From a virus (Duplodnaviria > Heunggongvirae > Uroviricota > Caudoviricetes): DNA of 64,000 nt. Below are positions 21,530 through 32,686 of the stretch, piece after piece. The notes under the pieces are model-generated. The model did no database searches. It saw only the letters and a list, made by a program, of their open reading frames with translations, and was not told the DNA's origin. A program made the translations under genes and the position numbers. The stretch's first letter is position 1. Every line of letters starts with the position of its first letter. The stretch is taken from IMG/VR virus record IMGVR_UViG_3300033463_000007, positions 159,865 to 223,864 of that record; one strand, given 5' to 3'.

Positions 21530-23023
21530 ATGAAGAAGACAGATAATTATCAACAAAATATAGATGAAAATAGTGATAAAAATTTTGAATCAATTGGGTA
21601 TGATGAACCAATTGATTTATTATATAGTGAATTAGTTGCCTCTAAGGAAACACCAGAACAAGTAATTATTTATACTGATTTTACACGTAGAACAGAATTA
21701 CCTACTGAAAATGATAAATATGTTAAATCATATATTCGTGAAGCTGATGGCGGATGAAATTTAGCTATTAAAGGTAAGCCTACTCATGAATTATGCACTG
21801 TATTAAGTAATTGTGTAGGCTGAGCCGCTGGTAGATATAATGAAATTTATGATGAAATTAAAAATATCACAGGTCATCATTATCCTTATTTAGTTTGTAA
21901 TGCAGAGGATTTTCCAGTTCGAGCCAAAAAATCATATCCTGATATTATAATGGATCAAACTCCTGAACCTGGCGCAATAATGGTCTGAGAAGGTATTGGT
22001 AGTCTCGCAGGACATGTTGCTATTGTAGAAGAAGTGATAGATAATAATACTGTATATACTTCTGAATCAGGTTATGGTAGTACTATTCCAATGAGATACC
22101 AAAAAAGAGTTAATGATAATGGTTGTTGAGGCATGAACACAACAAATTATAAATTTACTTGCTTTATGCACAATCCAGCAGTTGAAAAAACTATTATTAA
22201 TATAGTGCAACCAGTTGAAAGAGATGTACTAATAGATCAATTATATATTGATACACCTAATTATTCATATATTAGAATGGATCATAGTACAGCTTCTAAA
22301 GCCATAGGGCAGTTTAAACAGGGATATTTTAATTATACCGATAGTTTTATTGGCGATGATTATGTTTGATATAAGCTTGCTGAAAATCAATGAGTTGCTA
22401 AAACAGGCCATATCCAAGTATATCCTAAAGTAAATCCAAGTATAGAAAAAATTGAATTGAATGAAGACTATACTAATACATATTATGCAGGTGATTTTTT
22501 ACAGTTTAAAATGATAGGTTTAAATTGCAAAGAATATTGAAATACCGGGGAAGTAAAAGATGTTGTTTATAATAATTATAAAATAATACCAGCAAATGGC
22601 ACAGCTTTAACTGTTAATGATACAAAAATTATTATTAATTTTGAAAATAATTTAACTCTTGAATTACCTCTTGAGATAAAAGTTAAGGTTGAGCCAAAAG
22701 TTGTAAAAATACAGCTTTCTGGCACGTATAAAACTGAATATTGAGAAGGCGAAAAACTTGATTTAACTGGTCTTATTGTTGAAGCAGTTTATGATAATGG
22801 TGAAATTACTTCATCTATACCTTATATTGCTTCACCACAGGCAAATAGTTTGTTACCATTTATGGGGACTCAAAACGTTGTAATTGCTGCTTATCTTGAC
22901 AACAAAGGATTTTCAACTTCTTTTAAAATAAATGTAAAACATAAACAAACTGCAGCCGAAAAATTCAGTCAAATGATACAAGCACTAGCTAACTTTATTA
23001 GAAGTTTATTTAATAAAAAGTAA
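21530..23023 (+). CDS. CHAP-domain peptidoglycan hydrolase with C-terminal Ig-like repeats (lysin / tail-associated lysin)
   Basis: CTVLSNCVG-W-AAGRY (Cys) and GAIMV-W-EGIGSLAGHVAIVEEV (His) CHAP motifs; many TGA=W; C-terminal KVVKIQLSGTYKTEY-W-EGEKLDLTGLIVEAVYDNG Big-like domain. Confidence 0.6.
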
Positions 23024-23062
23024 AAAATAATCCCGGAATATTCTTCCGGGATTATTTTTATT
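23024..23062. terminator. Bidirectional terminator between converging + and - genes
   Basis: AAAAAATAATCCCGGAATATTCTTCCGGGATTATTTTT perfect hairpin. Confidence 0.65.
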
Positions 23063-25055
23063 TCAAACTTATTTTTTTATTATCTTTAACTTTAATAGCA
23101 CAAACACCACCAGATAATCGTTTCTTTAGATTAAATTTTTCAGAATCAATTATCTTTTCTTTATTATTATAAATAACTTTTATTTTGTCTTTATTAACTA
23201 AGCGGCAATCAATAATTAAATCGTCTAAATCCAATTTCATTATTGGTGTACCAACTTTTTTACTAATTTCGAAGACTTCCTTAGCCTCAATTTTTTTAAC
23301 TAGACCATTCTGTGTTATAAAAAACATATAAGGTAAATCTTCTTCACCATTATAAATTTGAATTATAACTTCATTTGGGTTAAGATGCAGTAAAGAAGTT
23401 AAATTAGTGCCGGTTGCATTTTGACTGCACTTAGGAATTTGTTTAGTATCAAATTTGTACATAATTCCTAAATTTGAAATTAAAATTACACGCTTATCTT
23501 CTGCAATTTTAATAACTGTTTTACTAGTACTTTTGTTGGCTTTATATTGTCTAAGATCAATTCGTTTAATATTATTATTATCTAGCATAATCATATAATC
23601 TTCAATAATTTTTGGTGCTTTTGTAATAATAGTTTTTTCTTCTTCTAAATTGATATCACAGACTTCGGTTCTTCGTTCCCAGCCATATTTTTTTGTAAAG
23701 TCAGTTAATCTTTTTAAAAATTCTTTTTGTTGTAATTTAGGATCATTTAAAATAGCAGTACAATCAAGAATAATTTTATTTAATTCTTTTTGTTCTTCCT
23801 GAAGTTCGAGGGTTTCTAAATTTGCTAATTTACCAAGTCGCATATCTACGATTGCCTTGGCCTGATTTTCTGTAAAACTAAATATATCGATTAAGTTCTT
23901 ACGAGCTTCTTCAGAAGATTTTGAAGATTTAATTGTCTTAATAATTTTATCAATAATACTAAGGGCTTTAATTAAACCATCTACAATTTCAAGTCTAGCG
24001 GTTGCTTTATTTAAAGTATACGTATACTCTCTTTGTAAACAATTAATATTATGTTCAACATAAATTTTAATATATTCTTGTAAATTAAGCATTTTAGGAA
24101 TACTATTTACAAGTGCCATTTGATTAGCTGAAAAAGTGGTTTGTAAATCTGTTAATTTATAAAGTTTATTTAAAACTATTTTGGGGTCAATAGAGCATTC
24201 TATTTCTATTAAAAGTCCATCATCACCAGATTTATTATAAATATCTTCTATACCAGTTAATGTATTAGCATTAACTAAATCTTTAATTTTTTGAATAAAA
24301 GGTTCAACATAAACTTGATATGGTAATTCTGTAATTTGAATAAAATTACCAAATATCTCAGCTTTTCCTCTTAGTATAATATTACCTCGACCAGTTTCAT
24401 AAATAGTATGTAAATCTTTTTTATTGATTATTATTCCACCTGTAGGATAATCAGGATAAATATTATCAATTGAAACTTTACCTTTTTTAAGATATTCTTT
24501 TATTTTTTCAACTAGCTCATTAAGATTATGTGGTTCCCATTCTTGAGCAATAGTATAGCCAATTCCTTGAGATCCATTAATATATAGACGAGGAAATAAT
24601 GCTGGTAATACCTGTGGCCATTTTTGATCTTCTGAATAATTTAAAATAAAATCTACAACATTTTTATCAATATTTTTAAATAAACCATCTTCAGAAATAG
24701 TTGATAATCTACATTCAGTATAACGAGGCGCTGCTGCCGTAGGGCCGCCCATCAATGAGCCATTAGCACCATGAAAGTCTATTTCAGAAAGATTATTTAT
24801 CCAATCTTGACTCATTCTAACAATAGTAGAATATTCAGAACCATGTGGATGCCAATTAGCAATAACACCACCATCAACTTTTGCAGACTTTACATGTGGC
24901 TTTGTAGAAGTATACTTTTTTTCAAACATTTCCCAGAGAATAGCTCGTTGAGAAATTTTTAAGCCATCTCGTACATCACAAAATGAACGATTATTATTGA
25001 CTTCTTGTGCATATATTAAAAAATCTTGTTTTAATTCATCCTCAATATTAATCAT
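23058..25055 (-). CDS. Type II DNA topoisomerase, GyrA/ParC-like subunit (T4 gp52-like)
   Basis: ISQRAIL-W-EM region, active-site Tyr region; 665 aa; no TGA. Confidence 0.7.
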   Translation of the reverse strand: MINIEDELKQDFLIYAQEVNNNRSFCDVRDGLKISQRAILWEMFEKKYTSTKPHVKSAKVDGGVIANWHPHGSEYSTIVRMSQDWINNLSEIDFHGANGSLMGGPTAAAPRYTECRLSTISEDGLFKNIDKNVVDFILNYSEDQKWPQVLPALFPRLYINGSQGIGYTIAQEWEPHNLNELVEKIKEYLKKGKVSIDNIYPDYPTGGIIINKKDLHTIYETGRGNIILRGKAEIFGNFIQITELPYQVYVEPFIQKIKDLVNANTLTGIEDIYNKSGDDGLLIEIECSIDPKIVLNKLYKLTDLQTTFSANQMALVNSIPKMLNLQEYIKIYVEHNINCLQREYTYTLNKATARLEIVDGLIKALSIIDKIIKTIKSSKSSEEARKNLIDIFSFTENQAKAIVDMRLGKLANLETLELQEEQKELNKIILDCTAILNDPKLQQKEFLKRLTDFTKKYGWERRTEVCDINLEEEKTIITKAPKIIEDYMIMLDNNNIKRIDLRQYKANKSTSKTVIKIAEDKRVILISNLGIMYKFDTKQIPKCSQNATGTNLTSLLHLNPNEVIIQIYNGEEDLPYMFFITQNGLVKKIEAKEVFEISKKVGTPIMKLDLDDLIIDCRLVNKDKIKVIYNNKEKIIDSEKFNLKKRLSGGVCAIKVKDNKKISLK

Positions 25056-26952
25056 TAGTCACCTCATTAATATGATTTAATAGGTAATCACGTCTTAAAT
25101 CTACTGAATTACTCATAAATATATCTAAAAGATTGGAAGCCAACTGGGTATCTTTGACAATAATTTGTTCAACATGACGTGTTTTTGGGTCTAAAAGACA
25201 ATATTTAGCCTCTTCCGGAGACATTTCACCCAATCCCTTCAGTCTTCCAACTATATAACTTTCATTTTTATGTTTTTTATTATATTGTTGAAGAGCTTCT
25301 TTATCCTTTAAATAAATATATTCATTCTTTTTTGTAGTAATTCTAAATAATGGCGGAATTACTGCCCATATTTTACCATTTATAAGTAATTCAGGACATA
25401 AGCACCAGAACATATTTATTAATAGAAGTCTGATTTGCATACCATCTTCATCAGCATCACTTGCAATAAAGATATTTCCATATCTTAATTTTTTTTCATC
25501 ATAAATAAGTTTACCGGTTACTTTATCAATGTCTAAACCAATAGCTTTAACAATATTAGAAATTTCTTGATTGGCATAAATTTTATCTGGTGATGCTTTT
25601 AAACAATTCAATATTTTACCACGAATTGGAAAGATTGCTTGTGTTTGACCATCTCTTTTTGCAACTAAACCATTCATAGCACTATCGCCCTCAACAATAA
25701 AAAGTGAAACATCTTCACGTTTTTTGGCTGAGCCATCAATAAGTTTAGTTGGTAGTGAAATAAACTTTTTACCTTTTAATGCTGTATTTCTGATGTTGTC
25801 TTTTGCTTTAGTGGCGGCTTCACGAGCTTTGCGAGCAATAAGAGCTTTATCAATAATAATTTTTGCATCTTTTGGATTGTTATTTAACCAATCTACAAAA
25901 TCATTATTAATAACTTGATTAATTAATGTCTTGTCTAAATCAACTACTTTAGATTTTACTTGACTATCATATTTAACATTGTTAGCTTTTACATTAAATA
26001 TTAATACTAGACCCTCATTTAATTCTGCTTGTGTTAATGGATCTGCATTTTTCTTTAATAATCCAGTATCATAGGCATATCTATTTATTTGTCTAGTAAG
26101 ACCAGCACGTACAGTTGAAATATGAACACCAGATTCAGTAAGTCCATAATTAACATAAGCGGTTATACTCTCAGAATAATCTGAAGTATAAGTCATACAT
26201 ATATCAAATAAATTAGTATTATTAATATATTTAATATAAAATCTATTATTTAGTATTTCTTTTTTAATATTTAATAATGATTGTAATCCATCATTAGATT
26301 TATATATAGTTTCTTTATTATTATATATAAATTTAATAGTTAATTCTGGGCATAAAGCACTTATATCTGTAAATAATTTTTCAAGGTCTTTTATATTTGC
26401 TTCAACATTTTGAAAAAATTGAGCATCTGGTTGCCACTGCACTAAAGTACCTGTAGTTTCTTTTATCCAATCGCCAGTTTCTCTCTTTTGGAAAAGACCA
26501 TCTTTAAACCAAATATGCTCATACTGCTGTCCATTATAGGAAATAACTTCTAGTTTTTTTGATAAAAAATTAGTTAATTTAGATCCAATTCCATTAAGCC
26601 CTATTACTGACCCTTGGTACACTCCATTATCATCATATTTACCAGAAGTATTAATAACATCAAAAGCTGCCTGTAAAACAGTTTCTCCGTCTTCTCTTAA
26701 TACATTAATAGGAAAGCCCTGTCCATTATCTTCAACACTATATAAATTTTTATTTGTATCTATATTAACAATAATAGTATTACCATGGCTAATTAAGAAT
26801 TCATCCAGTGAATTTGAAAATATTTCTCTAACAAGCTGTGTTGAATATTCATTAGACCCCAAATAAGTTGAAGGTCTAAGCCTTGTAAATTCTCGTGGAT
26901 TTAAAGATATAATACTATCATCATTATATAACGTTTTATCTTTTTTAGACAT
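25048..26952 (-). CDS. Type II DNA topoisomerase, GyrB-like ATPase + Toprim subunit (T4 gp39-like)
   Basis: GHKL ATPase motifs (DNGQGFP), Toprim EGDSA, PLRGKILN; 634 aa; overlaps downstream subunit by 8 nt. Confidence 0.75.
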   Translation of the reverse strand: MSKKDKTLYNDDSIISLNPREFTRLRPSTYLGSNEYSTQLVREIFSNSLDEFLISHGNTIIVNIDTNKNLYSVEDNGQGFPINVLREDGETVLQAAFDVINTSGKYDDNGVYQGSVIGLNGIGSKLTNFLSKKLEVISYNGQQYEHIWFKDGLFQKRETGDWIKETTGTLVQWQPDAQFFQNVEANIKDLEKLFTDISALCPELTIKFIYNNKETIYKSNDGLQSLLNIKKEILNNRFYIKYINNTNLFDICMTYTSDYSESITAYVNYGLTESGVHISTVRAGLTRQINRYAYDTGLLKKNADPLTQAELNEGLVLIFNVKANNVKYDSQVKSKVVDLDKTLINQVINNDFVDWLNNNPKDAKIIIDKALIARKAREAATKAKDNIRNTALKGKKFISLPTKLIDGSAKKREDVSLFIVEGDSAMNGLVAKRDGQTQAIFPIRGKILNCLKASPDKIYANQEISNIVKAIGLDIDKVTGKLIYDEKKLRYGNIFIASDADEDGMQIRLLLINMFWCLCPELLINGKIWAVIPPLFRITTKKNEYIYLKDKEALQQYNKKHKNESYIVGRLKGLGEMSPEEAKYCLLDPKTRHVEQIIVKDTQLASNLLDIFMSNSVDLRRDYLLNHINEVTND

Positions 26953-26954
26953 TA

Positions 26955-27113
26955 TTATATTTCCTTATTATTTATATATTGTTTCAAGATTGTTCTAATT
27001 AAACTAGACAAGCTTCTATCTTCTTTTTGAGCAATTTTATTTATTTTATTGTATAATTCATTATCAAGCTGTAATGCAATAGTTTTTTTAGAACTATTTT
27101 CTTTATTAACCAT
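26955..27113 (-). CDS. Ribbon-helix-helix (CopG/Arc-like) DNA-binding protein, 52 aa (not in ORF track)
   Basis: RBS GGAGTAACTACA-ATG; MVNKENSSKKTIALQLDNELYNKINKIAQKEDRSLSSLIRTILKQYINNKEI: beta-strand TIALQLDNEL then two helices; stop 3 nt upstream of topoisomerase ATG. Confidence 0.5.
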   Translation of the reverse strand: MVNKENSSKKTIALQLDNELYNKINKIAQKEDRSLSSLIRTILKQYINNKEI

Positions 27114-27280
27114 TGTAGTTACTCCTTAAACATAATATATTATGTATATACAATATATTTTATAATTTTTATAAATAATTATAAACAATTAATATAGCTT
27201 ATAGAAAATTATAAATAATTTATAATTTTTATTGTATATACTATATGTATATATTTATTTAGATTTGAGGTGTGTTATTA
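27114..27280. promoter_or_regulatory. Divergent AT-rich control region with direct repeats TTATAAATAATT(T)ATAA
   Basis: Repeats TTTTATAAATAATTATAAAC and AAATTATAAATAATTTATAATTTTT between RHH gene (-) and 27281 gene (+); candidate operators. Confidence 0.4.
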
Positions 27281-27598
27281 ATGACGCAAAAAAGATTTAA
27301 TCAAATTGTTGAAGAAACTGTAAAAAGAAGTACAGACCTTTTGGTTGTAAAGCAGGCAGAATATAATTTGTCTAATGACAGATTTGATTCTTTTAAGCGA
27401 GGAGCTGGAATTACAGGATGGAAGCCAGATCAGGTTCTTCTTGGTTATTTAACAAAACATTTAGCCTCTATTGTAGATATGATTAATAGTGATCAGCAAT
27501 TTACAGAAGAAAAAATTGAAGAAAAAATTGGAGATGCAATAAATTATTTTCTTCTTCTTAGAGGCCTTTGGGAAGATATTGGAAAGGTTAAAAAATAA
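27281..27598 (+). CDS. Hypothetical protein (possibly MazG-like NTP pyrophosphohydrolase fold)
   Basis: 105-aa helical ORF, RBS GAGG. Confidence 0.3.
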   Translation: MTQKRFNQIVEETVKRSTDLLVVKQAEYNLSNDRFDSFKRGAGITGWKPDQVLLGYLTKHLASIVDMINSDQQFTEEKIEEKIGDAINYFLLLRGLWEDIGKVKK

Positions 27599-28281
27599 TG
27601 GAAATAAGTATTTATCCTTGTTTTAAACATTGGTTATCTACAGATGGGACTAAAAATAATGCTATTTGGTTTTATAGTGATCCTCATTTTGCAGATGCTG
27701 AAATGCCTTATATACGAAAAAATTATATAGGTGATGAAGAACAGGTTAAAAGAATAAATAGTAAAATTGGTAAAAATGATACTATAATTTTTTTAGGTGA
27801 TATTGGTGATATATCATTTATACAAAAAATTAGAGGATATAAAGTTCTTATTAAGGGTAATCATGATTCAGGTCCTTCTAAGTATCAAAGAATAGAACAG
27901 ATTATTTCTGAACAGGAGGCTATAGAAAAAAAATTAGATATTACTCTTTATAAAAAAATGTTTCATTCTACAATTGGTTACTATTACTATTATGATAATA
28001 AATTATTTGATGAAGTTTATGACGGAACTTTACAAATTAATTCAAAAATTATACTAAGTCACGAGCCCGTTGAATATGAATATTGTTTTAATATTCATGG
28101 TCACGATCACTCAAATTGGTATAATAAAGAAAATCATTTAAATGTTTGTGCAGAACATATTAATTATACCCCAATTAGTTTTAAAAGTATTCTTGAAAAA
28201 GGGGTATTAAAAAATATTCCAGATATTCATAGGGTAACTATTGATACAGCAACAGAAAATAAAAAAGAAAAACAAATCTAA
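27598..28281 (+). CDS. Calcineurin-like metallophosphoesterase
   Basis: SDPHF...LGDIGD...GNHD...HGHDH motifs. Confidence 0.55.
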   Translation: MEISIYPCFKHWLSTDGTKNNAIWFYSDPHFADAEMPYIRKNYIGDEEQVKRINSKIGKNDTIIFLGDIGDISFIQKIRGYKVLIKGNHDSGPSKYQRIEQIISEQEAIEKKLDITLYKKMFHSTIGYYYYYDNKLFDEVYDGTLQINSKIILSHEPVEYEYCFNIHGHDHSNWYNKENHLNVCAEHINYTPISFKSILEKGVLKNIPDIHRVTIDTATENKKEKQI

Positions 28282-28389
28282 AAGCTTCAAAAGAGCAATT
28301 TGTAGTCTAAAAGACGAAAGGAGATTTTTAAATGATAATTAATTATAAATATTTTTATGAGTAACTATTGTGGAAAATGTGATAACTAA

Positions 28390-28406
28390 TTTGCTAAATT
28401 AATTAG
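28390..28406 (+). promoter_or_regulatory. TTTGCTAAATTAATTAG motif (second recurring intergenic motif)
   Basis: Near-identical copies at 20128, 28390, 53063; variants at 12370, 15236, 19233, 44565. Confidence 0.4.
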
Positions 28407-28430
28407 AATAATTTAGTAAAGGGGATTTTT

Positions 28431-29456
28431 ATGTCAGTAAAAGATGCGTTAATAGCTACTCATTTATTTTTAGAAAACGACTACTTTTTTCGGTATATTG
28501 ATTTAATTGAAAAAAATAAAAATAGAGTAAAACAAAAGTATAAAACTCAAAAACATCATATTATTCCAGCTATTGCTTTTAAATTATATAATTGAGAAGG
28601 TATTGATGCACCAGAAAATTTAGTTAATTTATTATATAAAGATCATATTTTAGCTCATTATTATTTAGCTTTAGCTACTAAAACTTCTGATTTTCAATAT
28701 AAAATGATTGCTGCTATAAATTTTATTTTAGGTAAAGCTAAACAAAGTAAAATAGATATACAAGAACTACAAACTTTTATCTTAAATTTGGAAAATTATC
28801 AAAATTTATATGAAAATTGAATTAAAGAAAGAAGTTTATTACTTCACTCCAAATTATTAGGTCATGAAACTTCTGAAGAAACAAGAAAAAAAATAAGTGA
28901 AGCAAATAAAAATAAAATTTATATTTATAAAGAAAATATAGTACGTGCTGTTCATAAAGAAGACTTACAATTATTTTTAGATAATGGTTGAACTTTAGGA
29001 AATCCTAACTGTCAAAAAAGAAAACAGACCACAGGACAGACTATTATACATAAAGAAGAAATTGAAAAATATATTTTTAAAGAAGACTTATCTTTATATT
29101 TAGCTAATGGTTGAATATTAGGACGAAGTGACCAACATAAAAAAGCAACACAGCAAGGAACACAAGCTTATTATGATAAATTAACAAAAGAAGAAAAAAT
29201 TAATAAATGTGCAACTAGACAAAATCAACACTGAGAAATGTCAGAAGAAACAAAGAAAAAAATAAGTAATGCAAAGTCTGGAAAAAAGCAATCTGAAGAA
29301 CAAAAACTTTTAAATAGTCAAAATAAAAAAGATACAATTTGAATGACTAATGGTCAACAAGATATTATGATTAAAAAAGATTTAGAACTTTATTATTTAG
29401 ACCAAGGTTTTATTCGAGGAAGAACTAATTATAAAAAAAATAAAAAAGGAGAATAA
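28431..29456 (+). CDS. Free-standing HNH homing endonuclease with NUMOD3-like repeats (341 aa, 9 in-frame TGA=Trp)
   Basis: KHHIIPAIAF HNH core; repeated SEETRKKISEANK / SEETKKKISNAKSG (NUMOD3) and LQLFLDNG-W-TLG / LSLYLANG-W-ILGR repeats; preceded by TTTGCTAAATTAATTAG motif; invisible in the standard-code ORF track. Confidence 0.55.
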
Positions 29457-29461
29457 ACTAG

Positions 29462-30358
29462 GTGAGTATATTTTCAGGTCGCGCAGACCTTTTTGATCAT
29501 ATGATGATGGAGAAGCTTAGAACTAAAGAGGGTTCTGATAAAAAAGAAGATACTGAAAAAGCAAAAGTACTTTATGGCGATATAATGGAATGCTTTCGTA
29601 TCTTTAAAAAGAAAACTGGTGGCATTTTACATCGGCATGTTCATATTGATGTAGATGAATGGAATCAGCGATTTGTAGCATCTAAATGTCCAGAATTTTC
29701 TTTTAAAGAAATTAAAACTAAAATTTCAGATAAAAGATTTAAAAAAGGCGAGAAAGAAGAAGTAAATTATATTTATACTTATTTCGGTAAAGAATATACT
29801 AAAAAAGAACTTCATAAACACGGTGGAGTTTATATTGATGATCCAATTTATTTTGATAATATTCTTGAATTAGTTCCGTATTTTCCTTATATTATTACAA
29901 TGGGTAGCTGTAATGATGAAAAAGAAACAATTTATATTTCTAAAGAATCGTTTGCAGAACAGGAACATGAAAAAATGCTTCAAAGCGGCTATGATTCAAA
30001 AACAATTCATTATTATCGCAAGAATTTAGCTGATATTTATTTTAAAATCTGTAAAGAATATTTAATGTATAATCTCGAGGCACGTACTAAAGTAATACAT
30101 ATTAAAGATTTAGTTAAGAATGATGATTCTGATTATTATATTAAAATTGATAAGGGTGTAGATGAAAATCATGCAGTAGAATATGTTTGGAATGATGGTA
30201 CAGTACATTCACATTGGACTTCGCCAAAGCTTATAGATAAAAATACTATTCTTCTTAGTCAAAAAGATGTAGATTGTTATTTATTTGCAGATATTAAGAC
30301 AGATAGTGTAAAAATTAAATATGTAGAATATTGTGAGTTTCCATTTTACTTAAATTAA
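29462..30358 (+). CDS. Hypothetical protein
   Basis: GTG start after AAGGAG RBS; 298 aa. Confidence 0.4.
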   Translation: MSIFSGRADLFDHMMMEKLRTKEGSDKKEDTEKAKVLYGDIMECFRIFKKKTGGILHRHVHIDVDEWNQRFVASKCPEFSFKEIKTKISDKRFKKGEKEEVNYIYTYFGKEYTKKELHKHGGVYIDDPIYFDNILELVPYFPYIITMGSCNDEKETIYISKESFAEQEHEKMLQSGYDSKTIHYYRKNLADIYFKICKEYLMYNLEARTKVIHIKDLVKNDDSDYYIKIDKGVDENHAVEYVWNDGTVHSHWTSPKLIDKNTILLSQKDVDCYLFADIKTDSVKIKYVEYCEFPFYLN

Positions 30359-30436
30359 ATAAATTTTAAATAGCAGATTAAATTCTGCTATTTTTTATTG
30401 TATTTTATATAGAAAAATTTAAATTGGAGATTTACT

Positions 30437-30976
30437 ATGCGGCGTATATATTTAGATAATATTGGACATATTAGTCGGTATGATAATTATTGGTATCCAG
30501 CCGAAATTTATTTTAAATATAAAATTGATAGTTTTTTAAGAATGCTTAAAGATAAGAGGCATAAGCATAAAACTGGTGTTGAAGCTGCAAGAACTTTTGT
30601 TCCTGAATTTTCAGTAATTGAATATATTTATGAAACTATATGTGAATATCTTGAGCAGGCTGGTAGAATAGTTGATTTAGATGATACAACAGAATGCTTA
30701 ATGCTTAACTTTGGAGGTCAAAAATATACAGAACGGCAGCTTTGCCAGATGCTTTTGCAAGTAGCGGAGTATATTTTATGTGATATTGATAATATTAAAG
30801 TTTATGGTAGATATAAAAAAGAAGCAAAAGAAAATATAAAATATACACTTTTAAATAATCCATATTATACTAAATATAATAAATGGTTTGATGAGTTAGA
30901 TTGGCAGCAAACAAATAAAGTTTTAAATAAATTTTGGGCAATTTGGAATGTGCTTAGAATTAGAATAGGATGGTAA
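30437..30976 (+). CDS. Hypothetical protein
   Basis: ORF with RBS TGGAGA. Confidence 0.35.
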   Translation: MRRIYLDNIGHISRYDNYWYPAEIYFKYKIDSFLRMLKDKRHKHKTGVEAARTFVPEFSVIEYIYETICEYLEQAGRIVDLDDTTECLMLNFGGQKYTERQLCQMLLQVAEYILCDIDNIKVYGRYKKEAKENIKYTLLNNPYYTKYNKWFDELDWQQTNKVLNKFWAIWNVLRIRIGW

Positions 30977-31431
30977 GAATGAAAATTATTGATTTCGAGC
31001 GAAAAGGCAATGTAATTAGATTTTATCTTGGTGAAAAAACTGATGATTGGGGTTGGACTCGTCCAGATTATAAAGATTATCGTGGAGAAACGCCTGAGTG
31101 GTTAAAACCAAGTGATATTTATTATGGCGATGACTGGGATGATCGCCCTTATGAACATAATGCAGGAGAGGTTTATTCTGAATTTGTTAAAGGTTATTGT
31201 GACATAGCTTTTAATTTTGATGATTTGGTATTAGAACCTTGTTGTGGTGAATATAATTCGGCTTGGTGTAAAGATGATATGCGGGATAGAAAAGTTCCTT
31301 GTATTATTGTAGTATCTAAAGAAGTTTATGGTGACTATTGTTGGGATGATTCATTTTCTCGTTGGTCTGGTGCTGATGGTATAAAAAAATATTATTTTGG
31401 TGATGACCTAGAACCTACTAAGGTTATTTAA
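30970..31431 (+). CDS. Hypothetical Trp/Asp-rich protein
   Basis: 153-aa ORF. Confidence 0.35.
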   Translation: MVRMKIIDFERKGNVIRFYLGEKTDDWGWTRPDYKDYRGETPEWLKPSDIYYGDDWDDRPYEHNAGEVYSEFVKGYCDIAFNFDDLVLEPCCGEYNSAWCKDDMRDRKVPCIIVVSKEVYGDYCWDDSFSRWSGADGIKKYYFGDDLEPTKVI

Positions 31432-31448
31432 ATGAAAGGAGATTTAAA

Positions 31449-32582
31449 ATGATCGGTTTTATTTTTGGAATTATTTTTTTGCTTGTTGGGATAACAGTCG
31501 GAATCATTTTGGCAGTTAAATCAGAAGAAGATTATCAGGAAGATGAGTATGGAAATACTATTCGCGATTCAAATGGCAAACGAATTCGTATAAAAGTATA
31601 TCCATATAAAAAATATGCTTGGATAGCTTTTGTTGGCGGTACAGTTTTGAGTATTATTTTAATATTCTGTGGTTGTACCGTAAGCGTTGAAACTGGAAAT
31701 ACCGGTGTAGTTACTACCTTTGGTAGAGTAGAAAATTATACTCTTGAGGCAGGTTTTCATCTTAAAGCACCTTGGAATTCCGTAATTTCTATGGATAATC
31801 GTGTTCAGAAAGCTACAGTTGAACTTAGCTGTTTTAGTTCTGATATTCAGGAAGTAGAAATGAAATATACATTGAATTATCAGATTGATAAAGCAAATGC
31901 CCAGGAAATTTATAAAACTATTGGTTCAGATTATTATAAAACAATTATTGAGCCCAATATTTCTGAGGCAGCAAAAGTTATTACTGCTAAATATACTGCA
32001 GAACAGCTTGTACAGACTAGAACAGAGCTAGCTGTTGGAATTGAATCAGTACTTACTGAGGCTCTTGCTTCTTATAATATTAAGGTTTCTTCCACAGCTA
32101 TTGAAGATCTTGATTTTACAGATTCTTTTACTAATGCTGTAGAAGCAAAGCAGGTTGCCGAGCAGAAGAAAAAGCAGGCTATTATTGAACAAGAGCAAGC
32201 AAGACTTGAAGCTGAAAATGCAAAAGCCATTGCTAAGACACAGGCAGAAGCAGCTGCAGAAGTAGCCAGAATTCAGGCCGAGGCAGACCTCGCAGTACAG
32301 CAGATTAATGCAGATGCCGCTGAATACACCGGCCGTAAGGAAGCTATGGCAACATTGTATGCTCTTGCAGGTGTAAATGGTTGGACAGTTGTAATTGATG
32401 AGAATGGCTCTGGTAAACTTTATAAAGCAGATGGTAGTAGTATTTCTGTAGATGAACTTAAAATTGGTACAGAAAATCTAATTAAATACTATTATACTCA
32501 GACTTGGAATGGTATTCTTCCAGAAACTTATGTTGGAAATGATAATGTAAGTTCAATTCTTGTTGGAAATACAGTTAAGTAA
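31449..32582 (+). CDS. SPFH (band-7 / prohibitin / HflK-like) domain membrane protein
   Basis: N-terminal TM; TGNTGVVTTFGRVENYTLEAGFHLKAPWNSV SPFH core; Ala/Glu/Gln-rich coiled-coil (AEAAAEVARIQAEADLAVQQ). Confidence 0.6.
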   Translation: MIGFIFGIIFLLVGITVGIILAVKSEEDYQEDEYGNTIRDSNGKRIRIKVYPYKKYAWIAFVGGTVLSIILIFCGCTVSVETGNTGVVTTFGRVENYTLEAGFHLKAPWNSVISMDNRVQKATVELSCFSSDIQEVEMKYTLNYQIDKANAQEIYKTIGSDYYKTIIEPNISEAAKVITAKYTAEQLVQTRTELAVGIESVLTEALASYNIKVSSTAIEDLDFTDSFTNAVEAKQVAEQKKKQAIIEQEQARLEAENAKAIAKTQAEAAAEVARIQAEADLAVQQINADAAEYTGRKEAMATLYALAGVNGWTVVIDENGSGKLYKADGSSISVDELKIGTENLIKYYYTQTWNGILPETYVGNDNVSSILVGNTVK

Positions 32583-32686
32583 GAATAAATTAATAAATAA
32601 TATTAAAAAGGATAGTATTTAATTAAATAAATATTATCCTTTTTATTGTATTATATTATTGAAAATTATTTTTGGAGATTTTTTAA

